From the NCBI GenBank assembly GCA_016867315.1, contig VGJV01000001.1, positions 34,863 through 98,862 of the forward strand: DNA of 64,000 bases, given 5' to 3'. Numbering within the stretch: position 1 is the stretch's first letter; each line of letters starts with the position of its first letter. The notes under the pieces are model-generated. The model ran no database searches. It saw only the letters and a list, made by a program, of their open reading frames with translations, and was not told where the DNA came from. Origin of the DNA: Candidatus Liptonbacteria bacterium. GTDB lineage: Bacteria > Patescibacteriota > Minisyncoccia > UBA6257 > 2-01-FULL-56-20. This document shows positions 39,320 to 49,429 of the stretch, piece after piece. The position numbers were made by a program, and so were the translations under genes.

Positions 39320-40189
39320 ATGCAGAAAAATGAAGTATGCGCAGTTATAGTCACCTGGAACTCAGCGGGAGTTGTCGAGCGCAGCCTTCCTGCAATTGCT
39401 CCCCAAGTAGCCGAGGTATTTGTAGTGGATAACGGCTCTGCGCCGGAACATTTTGCCTCCCTTCTCGAAGCGGTCAAAAATTATTCCAACGTGCATATTT
39501 CGAGAAATGAGGAGAATCGAGGAATTGCCGTGGCGTTGAATCGCGGCGCCGAGGAGGCAATAACGAAAGGTTACCAATGGATCGTGACCTTAGACGACAA
39601 CGGGAAAGCCGCGCCGGATATGGTGGAAAAACTTTTTACCGCGTATGAGGCACTCACCCCCGAAGACCAGTTTGGCATCGCGATTGTGGCACCGAACATA
39701 TCCAATCTCAAAGGCCCCACCTATCCATCGGGGTCCGCTTTTTTGGTGCCTACCACTCCTACCACCGGCCAACTCGTTAAATCCGAGGCGTGGCAGAAAA
39801 TAAAAGGTTATAAAGAGGACCTTTTTATAGCCTGCGCCGATCACGAATTTTGTTTTCGGATGCTTGCGCATGGATACCGCACCCTCCTCGTCCCTACCGC
39901 CCTACTCTTTGCTACTGCGGGACCTAAACCTGCAATACGCCAGTTGCTTTGGAAAAAATTTGTAGTCCCTCACTACACGCCGGACCGTTACTACTATATG
40001 TATAGGAACAGTGTGTATCTTTATCTCACTTATTGGCGCTATGTTCCGAAATGGATTTTTAAAAATATCGTTTCTAATATTTTGAGTTTTATCAAAATCC
40101 TGCTCTACGAAGAAAAACGCCTTCAAAAGATTTGGATGATCGCGCGCGGGAACTGGGACGGCCTCCGAGGGCGGCTTGGGAGGCTTTAG
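39320..40189 (+). CDS. glycosyltransferase family 2 (start moved to MQKNEV)
   Basis: CAVIVTWNS, VFVVDNGS, TLDDNG motifs; divergent from FkbM gene across a 49-bp AT-rich spacer. Confidence 0.75.
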   Translation: MQKNEVCAVIVTWNSAGVVERSLPAIAPQVAEVFVVDNGSAPEHFASLLEAVKNYSNVHISRNEENRGIAVALNRGAEEAITKGYQWIVTLDDNGKAAPDMVEKLFTAYEALTPEDQFGIAIVAPNISNLKGPTYPSGSAFLVPTTPTTGQLVKSEAWQKIKGYKEDLFIACADHEFCFRMLAHGYRTLLVPTALLFATAGPKPAIRQLLWKKFVVPHYTPDRYYYMYRNSVYLYLTYWRYVPKWIFKNIVSNILSFIKILLYEEKRLQKIWMIARGNWDGLRGRLGRL

Positions 40190-40237
40190 GAGGTTGCCAA
40201 CGTAAAAGCGCGACTCACCATCGCGCCTCGCCCATTT

Positions 40238-41113
40238 TTATAACTCCCTTACCATCTCTTCGAAGGAAGGGATACCCAGTTTTTTATTCATATCATGAAT
40301 CGTGCTCAATGTCCGATTTAATTTTCCCTCGGATTCAGGTACCAGCTCACAATCTACTTTAAATTTTGTCTTGAAGGCTTGGAGCATCTCGTATTTTGAA
40401 ACTTTCGTCGAAAAAATGTGGTAGAGGCCGGTTTCGGGAAAGGCTTCCGGGGCGGAGATCACTTTATCGCACACTTTTGCGAACTCTTTGGTGGTGAGCC
40501 CGTTCCAGAAGTGATTCGCGAATCCTTTTATCGTTCTGCCTTTTTGTGCCAAGAACCACTCGAGAAGCCCCGTGAAGCCCTCGAGTTCGCGGCCGATGAT
40601 TGAGGTGCGGAGCGTGAGGCACCGCGTAGGTTCTCCCAGACTCTTCGAAAGACCATAAAGGTCCACTGGAGATTTTGGTGCGTGTTCGTCATATGGGAAT
40701 CCTTCCATGCCGTTGTAGACACAGTCAGTCGTAACATGGATGAGCTTCGGCCCCAAACGCTCCGCGAGCATGTGCGGCAAGGCGCCGTTTACAAAGAGCG
40801 TAAGAGCCGGGTTTTCTTTAGAGAAAGGAATTGTTACTCCCACTGCGTTCACCACATAATCCACTTGAGCGAAGGGTAAAAGAAGGCGGTCAATTCCTTC
40901 TTCTCCTTTTTTGTTCAAAAAATCCTCGAAGAGCGGAGTCGCATCGAACTTTGCCGCCACGTGTTCCTTTGTGCCGCCATATGCTTTCTCGAGCAACTCA
41001 ATTTTCGAAACATCTCGGACTCCGAGGATGAGACTGTATTTATTTTTGAGCTCCATATAAAGAGCGCTCCCGAGCATGCCGGTCGCCCCCAAGATTGCAA
41101 CGGATTTTTTCAT
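40238..41113 (-). CDS. nucleotide-sugar 4-reductase (RmlD-like SDR)
   Basis: ILGATGMLGS Rossmann, YGLSK (YxxxK), about 290 aa RmlD-like architecture. Confidence 0.6.
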   Translation of the reverse strand: MKKSVAILGATGMLGSALYMELKNKYSLILGVRDVSKIELLEKAYGGTKEHVAAKFDATPLFEDFLNKKGEEGIDRLLLPFAQVDYVVNAVGVTIPFSKENPALTLFVNGALPHMLAERLGPKLIHVTTDCVYNGMEGFPYDEHAPKSPVDLYGLSKSLGEPTRCLTLRTSIIGRELEGFTGLLEWFLAQKGRTIKGFANHFWNGLTTKEFAKVCDKVISAPEAFPETGLYHIFSTKVSKYEMLQAFKTKFKVDCELVPESEGKLNRTLSTIHDMNKKLGIPSFEEMVREL

Positions 41114-41119
41114 GCGAGC

Positions 41120-41572
41120 TTATCTGGATTGTACGGTCCACACATCCCCCCACCCAAAAGGATCGAAACGCTTGTCGTCTGCCCGAGATTCGTTGGTCGT
41201 TGCATTCGAAGCGCAGATCAAAACCGTGTTCGGCTCGAGGGATACCCAGCCATTCGCAAAACCGGGAGGAATCACAATTACCTGATTTTTGCGTTCGGAA
41301 CTTATAAACGTAAATTTTTCTTCCGGGTTTTTAGGATTGACCGCCACGAATTTTGCAGCTCCCGCCACAATCCCGAAGATTTTCCACTCTTTTTCGTGAT
41401 AGTGAAACCCTCGCACCACATTCGCCGCATGATTGTATACATAATATACCCGCTTAATTCCTCCCATCGCTTTGAAAAGTTCCGGATTTTTCTCGGCATC
41501 CAAAAAAGGCGAGAATACGCCCCGATCATCGGCAAATACAGCTCCTTCGAAGGCCTGAGGTTTCTTTTCCAT
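41120..41572 (-). CDS. cupin-fold nucleotide-sugar isomerase/epimerase (FdtA/WxcM/RmlC-like)
   Basis: 150 aa; RGFHYHEK His pair as in sugar 3,4-ketoisomerases. Confidence 0.55.
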   Translation of the reverse strand: MEKKPQAFEGAVFADDRGVFSPFLDAEKNPELFKAMGGIKRVYYVYNHAANVVRGFHYHEKEWKIFGIVAGAAKFVAVNPKNPEEKFTFISSERKNQVIVIPPGFANGWVSLEPNTVLICASNATTNESRADDKRFDPFGWGDVWTVQSR

Positions 41573-42522
41573 TAGAACGAGTACTGCGAGAGATGTTTCG
41601 CGTTCGAGTACGCGCTGTGACCGATGTTTTTCATTCTTTTCTCTTTTACCAGCGTCACAAACTCCCGCACTCCATATTCTACATCCCGATCGGTGGGAAG
41701 CGTGAGTACTCCGTCTTTCAAAGCCTTCGCGAAACTCACTCGATAGTTTCTTTTGTCTTCCCGGAACTGTCCCGCGTACTGCAAATCACAACCCGTGATG
41801 GCCTGTACCTTTTTGGCAATTTCCTCCACACTGAAATTCTGCGTGGCTACGTTATAGACTCCCTTCAAGGGCGAGTCGAGGGTGGAGACGATCACTTTTG
41901 CAATATCGCGCACGTGAATATTCGGCCGCCACTGACTGCCTCCGAATACCATAATTTTCCCTTTCGCTGCGGCGTTTGTCGCAAAGGTGTTAATCATCAA
42001 ATCCGTCCGAGGCCGGCTGAATGTATCCGAGATTCCGAACGCGGTTCCCAAGCGCAAGATCACCGCGTTTTTCTTCAAAAGATATTTTTCCGCATCCACC
42101 TTAGTTACGCCATAGAGCGATACCGGGGCAGTGTCATGCTCCTCTGTTGCTTCTTCTTCGCGATGGCCGTAGACCGAACAGGTGGAGGTGAATATAATCC
42201 GACCGTCGAAATTTTCAGAGAGCCACTTGGGCGCAAGCTCATTGATCTCGACCGCGGCTTCGGGGTGAATCGAACAGGCTCCATCCCCCACAATCGCGGC
42301 GAGCCAAATCACGTGCGAATATTCGGGGAGAATTTTTTTTAAAAGTTCTTTATCCCGCACATCGCCGTACACAAAATCCACGGGCTTCAAATACCGTTCT
42401 TCGTATACCAAACTGTCGAACACCGTGAAGGGAATTTTTTTCTCGAGAAGTTCGTCGGTAACGGCACCGCCCACATAGCCTGCGCCACCCACTACGAGCA
42501 CCCGTTTTATATTCGAATTCAT
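41572..42522 (-). CDS. NAD-dependent epimerase/dehydratase (SDR extended; start moved to MNSNIKR)
   Basis: VVGGAGYVGG, YGVTK (YxxxK). Confidence 0.75.
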   Translation of the reverse strand: MNSNIKRVLVVGGAGYVGGAVTDELLEKKIPFTVFDSLVYEERYLKPVDFVYGDVRDKELLKKILPEYSHVIWLAAIVGDGACSIHPEAAVEINELAPKWLSENFDGRIIFTSTCSVYGHREEEATEEHDTAPVSLYGVTKVDAEKYLLKKNAVILRLGTAFGISDTFSRPRTDLMINTFATNAAAKGKIMVFGGSQWRPNIHVRDIAKVIVSTLDSPLKGVYNVATQNFSVEEIAKKVQAITGCDLQYAGQFREDKRNYRVSFAKALKDGVLTLPTDRDVEYGVREFVTLVKEKRMKNIGHSAYSNAKHLSQYSF

Positions 42523-42560
42523 AGGAATTTGTACGCGTAATAATAACAATAAAGTCTCTA

Positions 42561-43625
42561 CTACGTCAACGACTTGGCCCACTCAATTGTGCGCTCCAGG
42601 CCCTCGTCAAAAGAAGTGAGGGGGAACTTTCCCATTTCCTTTTGGATTTTCGAGAGGTCGAGTTTCACGACTTGCGGTTCCCTGCCAATGTGCCGCAGTG
42701 TGGACTTTTTCTTGGGTACCACTACGGAGGCACCACATTCTTTTCCAATTTTTTTCGCAAGTTCCCGAATGCTCAAACTGTCTTTTCCTCCTACGTTATA
42801 CACCATTTCCTTCCCGTGAAATCCCGCGTAGAGAATCATTGCGATCACGTCCGCGATGTAGCCGTAGGTTTTGACTGCCCGGCCCTCATCGAGGAGCGCG
42901 ATCTGTTTTCCTTCGAGCGCTTTTCGGATAAAGTCGCTCATCACGCGCGTGTCTGTCCGAGAAAGTCCTGGTCCGTAGACATGCGAGATGCGCACGATTT
43001 TGGCCGTAATCCCGAAATGGCTGGCATAGAACGCGGAGAGCGATTCTCCTAACCGCTTGGATTCTCCATAGATCGCGCGCGGGGTGTGGAGCGGCGGATT
43101 GCCGTTGTAGGTTTCTTTTACCGGAAGCTCCGCCGCAGGAATATCTCCATATACTTCCGCAGAGCTAAAAAAAATAAACCGGCCTCGGCTTTTCCGCGCA
43201 TGCTCAAGCAGACTTTGTGTCGCCGCTACATTCACCGCCACAGTGGAGCTGGGATTCTCCAAAAATTTAGCTGGCTGGCCGTACCCAGCGCCATGAAAAA
43301 TCACATCCCATCGGCCTTCTAGAGCAAACGGACGAGATAAATCTTTTTTTATGAAACGGATTTCTTTTTGGAGGAGAAGCTCTTTTAATACCGGCCCTGG
43401 GATTCCTCTGCCAATTCCCACAATCTCACAGGATACGTTTTGGGCCCGCTTTGCAGCTACCAGCGCTTGCACCACATACTGCCCCAGAAAACCAGAGGCT
43501 CCCGTTATCAAAATTTTTTTGCCTTTGAGATCACTCCCCTTTATCCATGGGAGGATCGCCTTACAGTCCTCTTCTATTATGGAAATTCCGCTATTCGCTG
43601 GACTCAATTTTCTTTTTTTTCGCAT
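42561..43625 (-). CDS. NAD-dependent epimerase/dehydratase (UDP-glucuronate decarboxylase-like; start at internal ATG, overlaps upstream gene about 35 nt)
   Basis: ITGASGFLG, YGESK (YxxxK). Confidence 0.7.
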   Translation of the reverse strand: MRKKRKLSPANSGISIIEEDCKAILPWIKGSDLKGKKILITGASGFLGQYVVQALVAAKRAQNVSCEIVGIGRGIPGPVLKELLLQKEIRFIKKDLSRPFALEGRWDVIFHGAGYGQPAKFLENPSSTVAVNVAATQSLLEHARKSRGRFIFFSSAEVYGDIPAAELPVKETYNGNPPLHTPRAIYGESKRLGESLSAFYASHFGITAKIVRISHVYGPGLSRTDTRVMSDFIRKALEGKQIALLDEGRAVKTYGYIADVIAMILYAGFHGKEMVYNVGGKDSLSIRELAKKIGKECGASVVVPKKKSTLRHIGREPQVVKLDLSKIQKEMGKFPLTSFDEGLERTIEWAKSLT

Positions 43626-45432
43626 GGGTTCCCGGCATCGCTGGATTTTCCCAGCCTTCGACCGGCTCGATAAACATATTCTTGCGGAATTCTTCCCGAG
43701 GAAGATAGGGGTACATATCCTCGATTGGAGTTTTCCATCCGAAGATGCGGGGTTCGTACTGGAACCATTCTCCGCAGTCCACATCACAGACCACCGATTC
43801 CTTACTCGCGAGGACTTTTTGGATTTTGGCTTTTATTTCTTTATTCGTTTTCACGGTTTCCGTACGTACTTTGTAGGCTTTGGCAATTGCCATAAAATCC
43901 GGCACTACATACCCGGATTGAGGCTCGGAAGCTTCGAATCTTCCATCCACATTCGTTTCTTGGAACGCTTTTATGATCCCATATGAATGGTTATTGATAA
44001 TGAACGTTTTCACATTTATTCCATAGGTGCGGAGCGTCTGTAATTCCTGAAGGTTCATGTTGAAGCCTCCATCTCCGATGATGCACACCACTTGCCGCTT
44101 CGGAGCCGCGAACCACGAACCCATAGCCCCCGCGAAAGAAAAACCCATGGGAGAGTTCCCATTATTCGTGAGGTAACGCTGTCCGTTTTGCGTCTCGAAC
44201 GCGTGATTACTCGTCACAATGTTGCCTCCGCAATCAGTTACGAATATGCCGTTACTTTTCATGAGTTCGGAAAGCGTACGAATGAAGACGTAGGGATTGA
44301 CGTGTTTTTTCTGCGTGTAAAATTCAGGCCTCACCGGATCATACTTTTCTTTCCACTCCATCACCTGTTTGGTCCACTTGGAGAAATCGGGAAGTTTTAC
44401 CCCTTTAAGCTTCATCTCGAGTCTTTCCAAAAATAATTTGGCGTCGCAGTAGATGCTTTCATCAAAAGGCACTTGCTGCCATTTTTTCTTCGTAAGGGCT
44501 TCATCCGCATCTACGAGGTATTTTTTCGCTCCTCGCGCAAAAGTCTTCACATTCCCCCCGGTAATGCGGCCGGAGATCCGGCTCGCGAGAGAAAGAAGCA
44601 GGTCCGAGTTTTGCAAACCGAAGTTTCGGCCTCGCCCCCCGTACGTACCAATCCTGCCGCCATAATACTCGTAGTCAGAAGGCACGAGGTCCAGCGCATT
44701 CCAGGTCGGAAACATGGGAATTTTGAGCTTCCTTCCTACTTTCTGCAGCAACTCCACTGCTCCCGCCCAAAAAATTCCGCCTCCCACGAGCATTACCGGC
44801 CTCTTCGCTTTGCGAAGGTCGCGGAGAAAGGCGTCGATGGTGGCATCCACCTGCGTCAGAGAGTAGGAAGGTCGAGCACTCTTTGCATCGAACCCTTGGA
44901 GGGCGGCGGGATCGATTTCCATCTTTTGCACATTCTGAGGAATGTCTAAAAGCACCGGGCCGGGCCTCCCCTCCTCGGCCATGAATAACGCTTTCTCCAA
45001 CTCATATTTGATGGTGGAGGGGTCCTTCACAAGGGCGGCGTATTTCGTAATAGGTTTTACGATGGAGACAATGTCAGTTTCTTGAAATCCCACCTGCCGG
45101 AGCGCCGGATCAGGACGTAAAAAATCCGAATTTACCTGGCCTGTTATAAAAAGTCCCGGCACTGAATCATAGAAGAAGTTGCCTATGGGGGTTACTAAGT
45201 TCATCCCTCCCGGACCGCTTGTCGCAATTGCTACCCCTGGAAGTTTTTTGATTTTAGCATAGCCCTCTGCAGCAAAGCCCGCGGCTTGCTCATGCATCAT
45301 CACTATATATTTGGTGCGTTTGGCGCGGGTAAACGCGTCAATAATATAGGCATTCGCAGCTCCGGAAACCACGAACATCCGATCAATCCCCCGATCGGCC
45401 AAGTATTGGATTAGAAAATCCGCGAGTTTCAT
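43591..45432 (-). CDS. thiamine-diphosphate-dependent enzyme, acetolactate-synthase-like three-domain architecture
   Basis: ThDP motif GDGGF-N27-NNHSYG, TSGPGGMN N-terminal Pyr-domain motif, 613 aa. Confidence 0.8.
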   Translation of the reverse strand: MKLADFLIQYLADRGIDRMFVVSGAANAYIIDAFTRAKRTKYIVMMHEQAAGFAAEGYAKIKKLPGVAIATSGPGGMNLVTPIGNFFYDSVPGLFITGQVNSDFLRPDPALRQVGFQETDIVSIVKPITKYAALVKDPSTIKYELEKALFMAEEGRPGPVLLDIPQNVQKMEIDPAALQGFDAKSARPSYSLTQVDATIDAFLRDLRKAKRPVMLVGGGIFWAGAVELLQKVGRKLKIPMFPTWNALDLVPSDYEYYGGRIGTYGGRGRNFGLQNSDLLLSLASRISGRITGGNVKTFARGAKKYLVDADEALTKKKWQQVPFDESIYCDAKLFLERLEMKLKGVKLPDFSKWTKQVMEWKEKYDPVRPEFYTQKKHVNPYVFIRTLSELMKSNGIFVTDCGGNIVTSNHAFETQNGQRYLTNNGNSPMGFSFAGAMGSWFAAPKRQVVCIIGDGGFNMNLQELQTLRTYGINVKTFIINNHSYGIIKAFQETNVDGRFEASEPQSGYVVPDFMAIAKAYKVRTETVKTNKEIKAKIQKVLASKESVVCDVDCGEWFQYEPRIFGWKTPIEDMYPYLPREEFRKNMFIEPVEGWENPAMPGTHAKKKKIESSE

Positions 45433-45478
45433 GGCCTCATTGTGGCAGACAAACCTCGAAAACTCAACTTTAAAGGGC

Positions 45479-46639
45479 TTAGTGACTCCCCAGTTCCTTT
45501 ACCGCTTTTTGAATTCTCCGACAGCCTTCACGAAGCTTCACGGCAGCATTTATGGCGTAACAAAGACGCACGTAGTTTTTCCCTGCTTCTCCAAATCCCG
45601 AGCCGGGGCAGACCACCACTCCCGTCGTTCGCAGAAGATGCGCGCTAAACTCATCGCCCGTCATTCCCGTGCGGGATACGTCGATCATGAGATAAAACGC
45701 CCCCTGAGGCTTTGCGAAGTCGAGCTCCGGAATCTTTTTAAGTTCCTCACAGACAATCTCCCGAAGTTTCGTGTATTCCTCCAGATAGACTTTGCTAAAT
45801 TTTTTTCTGCCCTCAAGGGCCGTTACACACGCATCCTGAAGGAACGGCGGCACACACGAAACGATTGTCTGGGAGAGAAGTCCTATTTTTTGAATCACCG
45901 CCTCGGGACCTACCCCATATCCCACTCGCCAGCCAGTCATTGCGAAAGGCTTCGAAAAACCGCTCGTCACAATCACCCGCTCGCGACATTTATCCAAGGT
46001 GCCCACAGAAAAATGCTTTCCCTCGTATACGAAAGGCGCATAAATTTCATCGCTAATAAGAAAACAGTTATGGCGCTTCGCTATGTTGTAAATCGCCACT
46101 AGGTCTTCTTTGGAATATACCGCACCCGTGGGATTCGACGGAGAATTTACTACAATCACCCGTGTTTTTTTAGTAAGCTTTTTTTCTATTTCCCCAGGGG
46201 AGAACCGGAAATTATTTTTATGCGTTACGGGCACGTAGACTCCCCTCAAATTCAGTGTGGCGATTGCTGCGCGATAGGTTACAAACGCCGGATCGGTAAG
46301 AATCACTTCTTCCCCGGGATTCGCGAGCACTGCAAGCAGATAATAGATCAGTGGGTTCGCCCCGGTGGTTACCACCACTTGCCCCAGCGCCGGCTCGAAT
46401 CCATAGTCCTCTCTAAAAACCTTTAGAACGGTCGTGCGTAAGTTATGCTCTCCGAAAGAATCGCCATAATGCGTCCGCCCCTTTTTCAGCGAAGCCACTG
46501 CGGCAGCTTTTACTTCCGAAGGCATTTCGAGGTGCGTATCTCCAATTTCAAAATGAATAATATCTTTTCCTTCCCGCTCGAGCGCTTTCGCTTCCCCCAA
46601 GAGCTTAAACATGGACTGACCCACGATGCGCTCCGCCAT
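45479..46639 (-). CDS. PLP-dependent aminotransferase, class I/II (AspAT fold); start at MAERIV
   Basis: SGFSKPFAMTGWRVGY PLP-lysine motif, NPTG motif. Confidence 0.8.
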   Translation of the reverse strand: MAERIVGQSMFKLLGEAKALEREGKDIIHFEIGDTHLEMPSEVKAAAVASLKKGRTHYGDSFGEHNLRTTVLKVFREDYGFEPALGQVVVTTGANPLIYYLLAVLANPGEEVILTDPAFVTYRAAIATLNLRGVYVPVTHKNNFRFSPGEIEKKLTKKTRVIVVNSPSNPTGAVYSKEDLVAIYNIAKRHNCFLISDEIYAPFVYEGKHFSVGTLDKCRERVIVTSGFSKPFAMTGWRVGYGVGPEAVIQKIGLLSQTIVSCVPPFLQDACVTALEGRKKFSKVYLEEYTKLREIVCEELKKIPELDFAKPQGAFYLMIDVSRTGMTGDEFSAHLLRTTGVVVCPGSGFGEAGKNYVRLCYAINAAVKLREGCRRIQKAVKELGSH

Positions 46640-46658
46640 CGTCGAAAGTGGAGGTGTA

Positions 46659-47852
46659 TTATTTCGTCGCATGGAGCAAAGATACGGATATTTCCGTGAA
46701 GAACTCCGCGACGAGCTCCTGGAGTTTTTGCAATCGATCTTCTCCCACGAACTGATTGTTTCCAATATAGAATCCGTGCTCATGCACAAACTCCGCATTC
46801 GGAAACTGCGAAGGATGCGCAAATTTTTTCAGGAACGGCTGCCGCATAAGATTTCCGCTAATCACGGGACGCGATTCGATCCCCGCTTTCCGAATCTTCG
46901 CCTGAAACGCTTCCTTATGCTCTTTTTTATGAAAGAGAAAAGGAAGTGAAAACGAAGAGGTGCCTTCGCGGAACGTGGAGAAATGCAAAAACTCTTTGTA
47001 GGGGGCGAGAATTTCAAGAAACTTCCGGTGATTCTCATTGCGGATTCGGATGTAGCGATCCAGGTGCTTCAATTGCTCGATTCCCAACACCGCATGCAGT
47101 TCCGTGTTTCGAACGTTATATCCTTCCGTCAAAAACAGGAACTGAAAATCGATATCCGGATGTTTTTCTTTATGCGCAGAGTGATACGACTCCGGCAATT
47201 CCCGGGCTAATCCATGCGACCGCTTCAAAACACAAAGTCTGTAGATATCCTCATCGTCCGTGCAAATCATTCCTCCCTCGACAGTTGTCATGTGATGCCC
47301 CCAATAGAAGCTGAAAGAGCCGCAAGAAGAAAGGCTCCCTACCTTTACTCCATCCACCGTGGCTCCATGTGCCTCGCAACAATCCTCCATGAGTTTTATG
47401 TCACGCGCTTCCGCAAGTTTACGGAGACGCTTCATATCTGCGGGGACTCCCAAAAGGTGGGTTATAAATATTGCCCGAGTCTTAGGGGTAATCACCCGTT
47501 CTATTTTTTCATAGTCGAAGGAGAGGTCGGTCAAATTCACGTCCACAAAAACGGGCGTAAGGCCGCATTGAAGCACGGGGGTGATATTCGTGATCCAGGT
47601 TACCGCGGGCACAATGATTTCATCTTTATCGTCCCATCCGTATTTTTCTTTCATCGCGCTCATCATAAGAAGATTCGCGGAGCTGCCGGAGTTCACGAAC
47701 ACGCTATATTTCGAGCCCTGCCAGGCAGACCATGCGCGCTCGAATTCCCGCACTTTTTCAAACTGCGTAAAGCGGGCGGTGGAACGAATAAAGTTCACGA
47801 GTACCTCGATATCTCCTCCTTCTAAAATATTTTCTTGTAGTTTCCAAAACAT
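46659..47852 (-). CDS. DegT/DnrJ/EryC1-family PMP-dependent nucleotide-sugar 3-dehydratase (ColD/E1 type; active-site Lys replaced by His)
   Basis: GSFSFYWGHHMTTVEGG aligns to the aminotransferase SFH..K..GEGG motif with K->H as in ColD/E1; 397 aa. Confidence 0.7.
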   Translation of the reverse strand: MFWKLQENILEGGDIEVLVNFIRSTARFTQFEKVREFERAWSAWQGSKYSVFVNSGSSANLLMMSAMKEKYGWDDKDEIIVPAVTWITNITPVLQCGLTPVFVDVNLTDLSFDYEKIERVITPKTRAIFITHLLGVPADMKRLRKLAEARDIKLMEDCCEAHGATVDGVKVGSLSSCGSFSFYWGHHMTTVEGGMICTDDEDIYRLCVLKRSHGLARELPESYHSAHKEKHPDIDFQFLFLTEGYNVRNTELHAVLGIEQLKHLDRYIRIRNENHRKFLEILAPYKEFLHFSTFREGTSSFSLPFLFHKKEHKEAFQAKIRKAGIESRPVISGNLMRQPFLKKFAHPSQFPNAEFVHEHGFYIGNNQFVGEDRLQKLQELVAEFFTEISVSLLHATK

Positions 47853-47864
47853 AAAAGTGTATAG

Positions 47865-48824
47865 CTATTTAATTCTTTCTCCCGTCACCCCATCGTAGTG
47901 CGCGGCGTACCACTCATACGCATCCTTCACTCCTTCTTCGAGTTCGATTGCGTGCTTCCATCCTAAGCTGCGCATGCGAGACATATCCATTAACTTTCGC
48001 CCCACCCCATCCGGCTTCGTAGTATCCCAGGTGAGGCGTCCTTCATAACCACTTACCTTACCAATAAGTTCGGCGAGGGCCTTAATGGAAATTTCGACGC
48101 CCGTGCCCAGATTAAAAAGATCTTCCTGCGTATCTGTGTTCATAAGAAACAGGCAGCCGGCGGCGATATCATCTACATGAATAAATTCCCGGTATGGACT
48201 TCCTGTTCCCCACAGCACTACCTCTTTTTTCCCTTGCGTCTTCGCTTCGAAAAATTTTCTAATAAATGCCGGGAGTACATGAGAGTTTTTGAGATCGTAA
48301 TGGTCATTAGGGCCGTAGGCGTTTGACGGCATCACCGAAATGAAATTGGTGCCATATTGCTTGTTGTATGACTGACAGGTCAACACTCCTGCGAGCTTCG
48401 CCACCGCGTAGGGCTTGTTCGTCGGCTCAAGCACCCCTGTTAAGAGATACTCTTCTTTCATGGGCTGCGGGCAATCTTTAGGGTAGGTGCAGGAGCTGCT
48501 CAAAAAAAGCAGTTTTTTCACTGTATGCTCGTAAGATGCATGAATGATATTGTTTTGGATCGCCAGATTCTCATAAATGAAGTCTGCGGGGAAAGTACTG
48601 TTTGCATAAATCCCCCCTACTTTTGCCGCTGCATCAAATACATATTCCGGTTTTTCTTTTTTAAAAAATTCCCCGACTGCTACGGTATTCGTGAGATCCA
48701 GTTCCTCATGGGAGCGCGCCACAATATTCGTATATCCTTCTTTTTGAAGCAGGCGCATGATCGCGGAGCCCACCAAGCCACGGTGTCCCGCCACATAAAT
48801 TTTTGCGCCTTTTCCCATTGCCAT
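47865..48824 (-). CDS. fcl: GDP-L-fucose synthase family (GDP-4-keto-6-deoxymannose 3,5-epimerase/4-reductase; Fcl or ColC-type)
   Basis: [28 protein letters not shown] motifs. Confidence 0.85.
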   Translation of the reverse strand: MAMGKGAKIYVAGHRGLVGSAIMRLLQKEGYTNIVARSHEELDLTNTVAVGEFFKKEKPEYVFDAAAKVGGIYANSTFPADFIYENLAIQNNIIHASYEHTVKKLLFLSSSCTYPKDCPQPMKEEYLLTGVLEPTNKPYAVAKLAGVLTCQSYNKQYGTNFISVMPSNAYGPNDHYDLKNSHVLPAFIRKFFEAKTQGKKEVVLWGTGSPYREFIHVDDIAAGCLFLMNTDTQEDLFNLGTGVEISIKALAELIGKVSGYEGRLTWDTTKPDGVGRKLMDMSRMRSLGWKHAIELEEGVKDAYEWYAAHYDGVTGERIK

Positions 48825-48854
48825 AGTGGCAATGGTACACCGAAGTAATGGGGA

Positions 48855-49331
48855 TTAAAAGCCTGCGGCGCGAAGGGCTTCTTGAATATATTTGAGGAAA
48901 TTTTTCTCAATTTTAGAAGCCCAGCGGAAATCAGAGCTCTGCGCATCGAGCGCCACGGCGGACTCCTTTTTGACTTCCACTAAACACGTGACTATCGGAG
49001 TATGAGTATTGGTTCCGCGGAAATATCCTCTTGGGGATATAAATTCATAAAAGCCGAGAGGTTCTATAAACTTCCCCGCGAGATTGGTTTCTTCCCTAAG
49101 CTTCCGCACCGCAGTTTGGGCAACTGTTTCATTTTTTAATACTCTCCCGCCGGGAAACCACCAGCTTCCCCGTAGTGGTGGTAGTTTGCGCCTCACCAAC
49201 AGAAATTCCCTTTTCCAATTAACCGCCACTACATCGACGCAAAATATCGGGAGTGTTTTATAAATCTTTCGGTAGAGGGCCGCAGGAATTTTCTCGGAAA
49301 CTATTTTCATAGTGCTTGTATTGTACTCCAA
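48855..49331 (-). CDS. NUDIX hydrolase (GDP-mannose mannosyl hydrolase-like)
   Basis: Nudix box GGRVLKNETVAQTAVRKLREETN; position between fcl and gmd as in gmd-fcl-gmm clusters. Confidence 0.65.
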   Translation of the reverse strand: MEYNTSTMKIVSEKIPAALYRKIYKTLPIFCVDVVAVNWKREFLLVRRKLPPLRGSWWFPGGRVLKNETVAQTAVRKLREETNLAGKFIEPLGFYEFISPRGYFRGTNTHTPIVTCLVEVKKESAVALDAQSSDFRWASKIEKNFLKYIQEALRAAGF

Positions 49332-49429
49332 AACGCAAAGAAGGCATTCCGGACTCTTGGATTTCCAAGAATCGAAATGCCTTCTTATTATTTTTATTTT
49401 CTTTCGTTCCTTTCGGTTGATTGTTGGCG

